DNA from: Trichodesmium erythraeum IMS101
Lineage (GTDB): Bacteria > Cyanobacteriota > Cyanobacteriia > Cyanobacteriales > Microcoleaceae
Length of the DNA: 32,000 nt
Reading direction: 5' to 3'
Assembly: GCF_000014265.1 (NCBI RefSeq)
Contig: NC_008312.1
Coordinates: 1,050,001 to 1,082,000, forward strand
Both the position numbers and the translations under genes were made by a program. Shown here piece after piece: positions 26,331 to 32,000 of this stretch. The notes below the pieces were generated by a model. That model had not been told where the DNA came from. It was given only the letters and a program-made list of their open reading frames with translations, and did not search any database. The first letter of the stretch is position 1. Every line of letters starts with the position of its first letter.

Positions 26331-26437
26331 TCAAGGGCTTATTCCAGAAAAAGGAAAATTGGGTAAAGGGAAAAAGACGTAATAGTTTTCCAATAGCTGC
26401 TAAAATATTATCATCAGTCTTAGTAAAGAATTCAAGT

Positions 26438-26470
26438 ATTGTAGGGGTTGTTTGAGCCAAACCCTACAAT
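26438..26470. repeat. TTGTAGGG...CCCTACAA hairpin in the ndhF-ndhD spacer
   Basis: attgtaggg (26438-26446) pairs with ccctacaat (26462-26470). The inner tttg/caaa adds 4 more base pairs. Confidence 0.65.
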
Positions 26471-26582
26471 ATTGAATTGTAGCGACACTACTAAATTTGA
26501 AATGTTCCCTATAAACAGGAAATTAACAAAAAAAGTATTCCACCAAATATCACTAGGAAAACTACTAGTCAATGATAATTAA

Positions 26583-28646
26583 CTAGGCACCAGAGAAAAC
26601 AACGAAGCCCAAAACTGCCACAAATACAATTAAGGCATAAAACTGAGCTCGACCATTTTCTAAATACTTCAAACCTTCCCCACTCAATAGGGTAATAAAG
26701 CCTGTCAAGTTAACAGCTCCATCAACTATCTTGTAGTCCACTTCCAAAACTTGCCGTGCTAGACGACGACTACCTTTAACAAATAGAAAATCGTTGATAT
26801 TATCTAGATACCATTTGTTGAGGGAAAAGTTGTAGAGAGATGGGATTTTTTTAGCGATCGCATCTGGGTCAATTTTATGACTCAAATACATAAGTGAAGC
26901 AAAGGTAATACCAATTAAAGCAATACCAACAGAGTTACCCGCCATAATCAAAAATTCATTAAGCTCAAACTCTGCCAACTCCTCCAGGACTTGTGCCAAA
27001 GACTCTCCAGGAGCATAAATAAACTGTTCAAAATAATTAGCAAAAGGTGTTCCCAATAAACCAATAACCATCGAAGGAATTGCCAAAACCATTAATGGTA
27101 GAGTCATGCTCACAGGAGACTCATGGGGAGAGTGGCTATGATCATGGTCGTGGTCATGGCTATCATGGCCATTTTCCAACTCTTTGGGAGCTATAGCCCC
27201 AGGGCTAAGTTCCATCAGGGGTGCAGCATTTGCCAGCAATAATTGATCCTTAATTTTTGTGTTATTACCCCTAAATTCTCCTTCAAAAGTAGAGAAATAC
27301 ATACGGAACATATAAAAAGCAGTCATGCCAGCAGTTGCCCAACCAATGAACCATAAAGCTGGGTTTGCTCCAAAGGCACTGCCTAAAATTTCATCTTTTG
27401 ACCAAAAACCTGCAAAGGGAGGGATACCACAAATTGCCACAGTACCAATTAAAAAGCAAGTAGAGGTAATAGGCATATATTTCCTGAGTCCACCCATTAA
27501 CCGCATATCTTGAGCCAAAACTGGATTATGGCCAACCACTGCCTCCATTCCATGAATTACAGAACCAGAACAGAGGAACAGCATAGCTTTGAAATAAGCA
27601 TGGGTCATTAGGTGAAATAGTCCAGCGCTATAAGCACCCACACCCATTGCCATTACCATGTAGCCCAACTGGGAAATAGTCGAATAGGCCAGACCTTTTT
27701 TAATATCATTTTGAGTAATAGCGATCGTTGCCCCCAGAAAAGCTGTAAAGGCTCCCGTCCAAGCGATAATATCCATTACCACTGGCAGATGTTCAAATAC
27801 TGGATACATCCGGGCAATTAGGAATACTCCAGCAGCTACCATCGTTGCTGCGTGGATCAGGGCAGAAATTGGAGTCGGGCCTTCCATTGCGTCGGGCAAC
27901 CAAACATGCAGTGGGAATTGGGCTGACTTAGCTACAGGTCCTAGGAAAACTAAGACACCGAAAAGGGTAGCTAAACCAATGCTTAGGGCTCCTGTTTCTA
28001 CTAGTTGCTCCAAGCGAAGACCCATAGCCTCAAATTCAAAGGTACCAGTGGCCCAGTAAATTCCTAGCATTCCCAGGAGTAAACCAAAGTCACCGACACG
28101 GTTGACAACAAAAGCTTTTTGACAGGCTTCTGCTGCTGCTTTACGGTCGTACCAGAAACCAATTAGTAGGTATGAGGATACACCAACAAGTTCCCAGAAA
28201 ATATAAATTTGGACTAGGTTTGGAGAAATTACTAGACCTAACATTGAGGAGCTAAATAAGCTCAAGTAAGCGTAAAAGCGTACATATCCAGGATCGTGAG
28301 CCATGTAGCCATCTGTGTAGACCATTACCAAGAAGGCAACGGTAGTGACTATGACTAACATGAGGGCAGTCAAGTGATCGATGGTGTAGCCCATACTGAG
28401 CTTGAAGTCACCTGCTGCTGCCCACTCAAACATTTGGGTATAGATTTCATGGCCATTTATTTGGCTCCAGAGCAATGCAAAGGATAAAACCATTGCAGTT
28501 CCCAACAGAGAGACAATAAATATTGCGGCTCCCTGTCGTAAATTACTTGTGGCTCGGCTATAGGAAATTAGGCCAAAGCCAACTAAGGTTGCTCCCAGTA
28601 GCGGCAGTACTGGAATTAGCCAGGCATATTGATAAAGTGTTTCCAT
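26583..28646 (-). CDS. ndhF: NAD(P)H-quinone oxidoreductase subunit 5 (NDH-1 subunit NdhF, F1 type)
   Basis: 687 aa. It has the N-terminus YQYAWLIPVLPLLGA and the motifs AKSAQFPLHVWLPDAMEGPTPISALIHAATMVAAGVFL and STISQLGYMVMA. Its length fits respiratory NdhF1. It contains a His/Asp-rich loop, HDSHDHDHDHSHSPHE. Confidence 0.95.
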   Translation of the reverse strand: METLYQYAWLIPVLPLLGATLVGFGLISYSRATSNLRQGAAIFIVSLLGTAMVLSFALLWSQINGHEIYTQMFEWAAAGDFKLSMGYTIDHLTALMLVIVTTVAFLVMVYTDGYMAHDPGYVRFYAYLSLFSSSMLGLVISPNLVQIYIFWELVGVSSYLLIGFWYDRKAAAEACQKAFVVNRVGDFGLLLGMLGIYWATGTFEFEAMGLRLEQLVETGALSIGLATLFGVLVFLGPVAKSAQFPLHVWLPDAMEGPTPISALIHAATMVAAGVFLIARMYPVFEHLPVVMDIIAWTGAFTAFLGATIAITQNDIKKGLAYSTISQLGYMVMAMGVGAYSAGLFHLMTHAYFKAMLFLCSGSVIHGMEAVVGHNPVLAQDMRLMGGLRKYMPITSTCFLIGTVAICGIPPFAGFWSKDEILGSAFGANPALWFIGWATAGMTAFYMFRMYFSTFEGEFRGNNTKIKDQLLLANAAPLMELSPGAIAPKELENGHDSHDHDHDHSHSPHESPVSMTLPLMVLAIPSMVIGLLGTPFANYFEQFIYAPGESLAQVLEELAEFELNEFLIMAGNSVGIALIGITFASLMYLSHKIDPDAIAKKIPSLYNFSLNKWYLDNINDFLFVKGSRRLARQVLEVDYKIVDGAVNLTGFITLLSGEGLKYLENGRAQFYALIVFVAVLGFVVFSGA

Positions 28647-29302
28647 AACTTATGGTTACTTTACATTTCTTTACTAAGTGGGCAAAACTAATAAGCATTC
28701 TTACATAACACTTACTTGATTATTGATGTCAAAGACAGATTTTTTAAAAGTTTATTAAACTTAAAGAAATAAAACTTAAAATTTAAAAGTCAATAGATTG
28801 AGGAGGTTTTTTTTGGTCTATCATAGTTGTTAATTTTTGTCAAACAAAGCTTTTATAGTTAAATTGTAGGGCAGTAGCATATTTAGGGTTAAATTATTTA
28901 AGAAAATATCTACAAAATAAGTCTTAAGATCTACTGCAAATATCTACTCTGAAGTCTAAGTTTCATTAGGTTATGGCTCATCATAGAGATTATTAATTTT
29001 AAAATGGGGAGATCTGTGGCTAACTTACCTAAAGCCAAGATTTAATATTTTATTTACAGATATTTTCTCAGAGATGACTTTGATATGTGCCCAAAAATTT
29101 AGCCTTATTGCTCAAAAGTTTTAGATGCAGATGGGTGGAAGTTTAATAATCATCGCCTAACTATATAAACCCAGTAGTTAAGTTGTTAGAATTAATTAAC
29201 GTTAACTTTTAATTCAAAATGCTCCTGATGTTAACTCACTCACTGATTAACAGTTCCTAATCAACAGAGAAATATACTAACTAAAAAAAATAATTAGCTT
29301 TC

Positions 29303-32000
29303 ATGGCATTTAAATCTTTGTCCCTAAACCTGGGTAGAATATTTAGTAAGCTTTCTTTAAAAACTATTTTAATAGTACCCTATGTTATCCAAATTCTTGG
29401 TGCTTTTGGAGCATTAGGATATATAGCTTTTCTGAATGGGCAACAAACCGTTGATGATTTGGGCAAAAAGCTAACTAACAAAATTAGCGATCGCATTCAA
29501 CAGCACGTTTTGGGATATTTAAATCAATCTCATCAAGTTCTGAGGATCACTAATGATGCTATAGAAAGTGCAAACTTAGACATCTATAATTTTGTCGCAC
29601 TCAGGCGATACTTTTGGGAAGTCGTAAAAGAAAAAGATTTACAGGATTATTTATTCTTTGGCAACGAAGAAGGAGAATTTATTGGCGTCGAACATTTCGC
29701 AGAAGGAGAAATTTACCTAAAAAGTTGTAAAATCCCTACCCAAAGCCTTTGCGAAACTTATCTGCTTAATAATCAAGGTAACATTAGCCAATATTTAAAC
29801 AGCAAAGAGTACGACCCCCGGGATACTCCCTGGTATTTAGTAGCAAAAAAATTAGGCGAGCCCACCTGGAGTCCAATTTTGTCCTCATTTTCTGGTCAAA
29901 ATAGCTCCCTCGACATCTTCGCAGTTCAACCTATTTTTGACTCAACAGAGAATTTATTAGGAGTTCTCTCAAACAAAACCACCCTGGTCAAACTCACAAA
30001 TTTCCTCAAAAACTTATACATTAGTCCCAACGGTCAAAGTTTCATTATCGAACGATCGGGAAACTTAATTGCTTCTTCCGAGGTTATGGAGCCTTTTGTA
30101 ATTAAAGGAACTCAGGAAAATCGAAAAATAGAACGCCTACCCGCCACTGCTAGTGAGAATAAGATAGTAAGCATGACGACAAAACATCTACAACAAAAGT
30201 TTAGTAGTTTTGCCGAAATTACTCACACTCACGAAATGAATTTTCCTATTGAAGAAGAATGGTACTATGCTAGTGTTATACCAGTAATAGACGGACGAGG
30301 TATTAATTGGCTAGCAGTAGTAGTTATTCCTGAAGATGACTTCATGGAAAAAGTCAATATGAACATTCGTACTACTATTCTATTAAGTTTTGCTGCCTTG
30401 ACAATAACCGTATTATTAGGAATAGTCACCACTAACTGGATAACCAAGCCTATCTTACAACTTAATTCTGCTGCCAAAGAAATTTCTCAAGGAAAATGGG
30501 AAACCCAACTCAAAATTTATCGCGAAGATGAATTAGGGGAACTGGCCAACTCCTTTGATCAGATGGCAAGCCAGCTCAAGAAATCCTTTGAAACCCTAGA
30601 AGCCCAAAATAAACAACTCACAGAACTAGATCGCCTTAAAGATGAATTTCTTGCCAATACCTCCCACGAACTCCGCACCCCACTAAATGGTATTATCGGT
30701 ATTGGAGAATTTCTACTAGAAGAAAACACTAAAAATTTAAACTCTATAACTACCTCTAACTTAGCCATAATAGTTTCTAGTGCTCGTCGTCTCTCCAACC
30801 TCGTCAACGATATTCTCGACTTTTCTAAAATTAGATACCACAAATTAGAATTACAAGTCAGAGCCATTGATGTTAGGATAGTCGTTGAATCAGTTATCAC
30901 CCTAAATAGAGTATTAGTTGGCAAAAACAAAAATCTGCAATTAACAAATGCTATACCGACAGACTTACCCCCCGTTTTAGCTGATGAAAACCGTCTACAA
31001 CAGATACTCTATAATTTAATTGCCAATGCTATCAAATTCACTGAATCTGGGAAAGTCGAAATCTCTGCTTCCCTCTACTCCCCTAAAGAAGATCAAGATG
31101 AAGCCACTGAAATTATTATCATGGTATCTGATACTGGTATCGGTATTCCCCCTGATCAACTAGATCGTATCTTTGAATCTTTTGAACAAGGAGAAGGTTC
31201 AATTATAAGAAAATACGGCGGTACAGGTTTAGGTTTGGCTGTCACCAAAGAATTAGTAGAACTCCAAGGCGGTCGTATTTGGGTTGAGTCTGAAGTTGGT
31301 GTAGGTTCCCGGTTTAACGTGACCTTACCCATATCTAATCAACTCGTACCTAATTCCTCTTTAAATTTTCCTAGTCCTACTGTTAATAATATTCACTATC
31401 TGATCAAGAACATAGAAACAACTATCAGGAGTAAACCCCTAGGAAGTAAAATACCTAATGGTGATTTCCACGTTTTAGTTGTTGATGATGAACCGATAAA
31501 TATTCAAGTTTTAAACAATTACCTCAAAGCCAATAATTATCAAGTTACCCAGGCATTAAGTGGAAAAGAAGCTTTGGCGGCTTTGGAGAATAATCATAAT
31601 TTTGACTTAATTTTGCTAGATGTAATGATGCCAAATATGTCTGGTTATGAGGTATGCTCTCAAATTAGAGAAAAATATCCGGCCCAAAGTTTACCTGTGT
31701 TAATGTTAACAGCTAAAAATCAAATTGCTGATTTAGTTATGGGTTTCCAATTTGGTGCTAATGATTATTTAACTAAACCTTTTGCTAAAGATGAGTTATT
31801 AACCCGGATTCAAACTCATATTAAATTATCAAAAATCACTAAAGCTTACGAGCGTTTTGTTCCCCACGAATATGTTGAGTTACTCTCAAAAGAAAGCATT
31901 ATTAATGTTAAACTAGGGGATCGAGTTAGTACTAAAATGGCAATTTTCTTTTCTGATATTCGCTCTTTTACGACTATATCTGAGCAGATGACTTCTCAAG
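29303..32000 (+). CDS. Hybrid sensor: periplasmic Cache-like domain, HAMP, histidine kinase (HisKA + HATPase), receiver, then class III adenylate/guanylate cyclase domain (3' end cut by the window edge)
   Basis: ATG at 29303, and in my hand translation the frame stays open to the window end. TM1 is ILIVPYVIQILGAFGALGYIAF, followed by a ~300-aa extracytoplasmic region and TM2 TTILLSFAALTITVLLGIV. Then come HAMP (PILQLNSAAKEISQGKW...DELGELANSFDQMA), the H-box FLANTSHELRTPLNGIIG, the N/G boxes NLIANAIKFT, DTGIGIP and GGTGLGLAV, and REC (VLVVDDEPINIQV...LDVMMPNMSGYE...LTAK...ANDYLTKPF). The cyclase domain starts at MAIFFSDIRSFTTISE. The gene is absent from the ORF track because it has no stop in the window. 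Confidence 0.9.
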   Translation, partial: MAFKSLSLNLGRIFSKLSLKTILIVPYVIQILGAFGALGYIAFLNGQQTVDDLGKKLTNKISDRIQQHVLGYLNQSHQVLRITNDAIESANLDIYNFVALRRYFWEVVKEKDLQDYLFFGNEEGEFIGVEHFAEGEIYLKSCKIPTQSLCETYLLNNQGNISQYLNSKEYDPRDTPWYLVAKKLGEPTWSPILSSFSGQNSSLDIFAVQPIFDSTENLLGVLSNKTTLVKLTNFLKNLYISPNGQSFIIERSGNLIASSEVMEPFVIKGTQENRKIERLPATASENKIVSMTTKHLQQKFSSFAEITHTHEMNFPIEEEWYYASVIPVIDGRGINWLAVVVIPEDDFMEKVNMNIRTTILLSFAALTITVLLGIVTTNWITKPILQLNSAAKEISQGKWETQLKIYREDELGELANSFDQMASQLKKSFETLEAQNKQLTELDRLKDEFLANTSHELRTPLNGIIGIGEFLLEENTKNLNSITTSNLAIIVSSARRLSNLVNDILDFSKIRYHKLELQVRAIDVRIVVESVITLNRVLVGKNKNLQLTNAIPTDLPPVLADENRLQQILYNLIANAIKFTESGKVEISASLYSPKEDQDEATEIIIMVSDTGIGIPPDQLDRIFESFEQGEGSIIRKYGGTGLGLAVTKELVELQGGRIWVESEVGVGSRFNVTLPISNQLVPNSSLNFPSPTVNNIHYLIKNIETTIRSKPLGSKIPNGDFHVLVVDDEPINIQVLNNYLKANNYQVTQALSGKEALAALENNHNFDLILLDVMMPNMSGYEVCSQIREKYPAQSLPVLMLTAKNQIADLVMGFQFGANDYLTKPFAKDELLTRIQTHIKLSKITKAYERFVPHEYVELLSKESIINVKLGDRVSTKMAIFFSDIRSFTTISEQMTSQ

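Noticed and set aside
25725-26460. ORFs 25725..25931 (+), 26044..26241 (+), 26236..26460 (-) and 26270..26455 (+)
   Set aside because: The first is antisense to the ndhD 5' end. The others overlap each other and the hairpin and repeat elements in the ndhF-ndhD spacer, and they have Lys/Phe/Ile-rich composition.
27325-27513. 62-aa + ORF antisense to ndhF
   Set aside because: It is nested antisense in a strongly supported CDS.
30265-30930. Two minus-strand ORFs (70 and 123 aa)
   Set aside because: They are antisense to the hybrid kinase-cyclase CDS. That CDS has unambiguous HAMP, H-box and ATPase motifs in the + frame across this interval.
1-32000. tRNA, rRNA, tmRNA, RNase P, riboswitch or group II intron signatures
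   Set aside because: I scanned by eye for T-loop (GGTTCGAATCC-like) motifs, for group II intron domain V-like sequences, and for known leader motifs upstream of larC and the cyclases. I found none. A covariance-model scan (Infernal/Rfam, tRNAscan-SE) would be needed to exclude them formally.

Overview
This is a low-GC chromosomal segment from a filamentous cyanobacterium. Supporting signs are 12 HIP1 octamers (GCGATCGC), adjacent ndhF1 and ndhD1 genes, a HetZ-like gene and heptamer STRR-type repeats. I can support 16 CDS. Two run off the window edges and are therefore absent from the ORF track. The CDS are: a conserved membrane protein (partial), recN, a CyaB-type GAF-GAF-PAS adenylate cyclase plus a small downstream gene, a hetZ-like gene, tsaC, larC, a small secreted protein, a DUF2949-like protein, two small hypotheticals, a 1113-aa FG-GAP/Calx-beta/PPC exoprotein, a small 2-TM protein, ndhD, ndhF, and a dCache-HAMP-histidine kinase-REC-cyclase hybrid (partial). 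My CDS calls cover only about 20.5 of 32 kb (~64%), which is unusually low for a bacterium and resembles Trichodesmium-type genomes (inference). I found no rRNA, tRNA or CRISPR array. There are two decayed IS elements: an IS630-like relic with ~40-bp terminal inverted repeats, and an IS5/DUF772-type N-terminal fragment. I do not see a coherent multi-gene novel system such as a defence or biosynthetic island. The most unusual signals are listed here. (1) A seven-blade FG-GAP array of near-identical 147-bp units differs almost only in short nonsynonymous cassettes. (2) That same gene is strongly mosaic in base composition. (3) The long spacers contain structured or repeated non-coding elements: a three-copy degenerate tandem array upstream of a small gene, a duplicated leader and start module, a ~110-bp dispersed repeat with a conserved-loop hairpin, a TTGTAGGG/CCCTACAA hairpin family, and an orphan terminator. 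(4) About 2 kb of apparently gene-free DNA lies downstream of the hetZ-like gene. All functional calls come from reading the translated sequence and recalling families. No database search was run.
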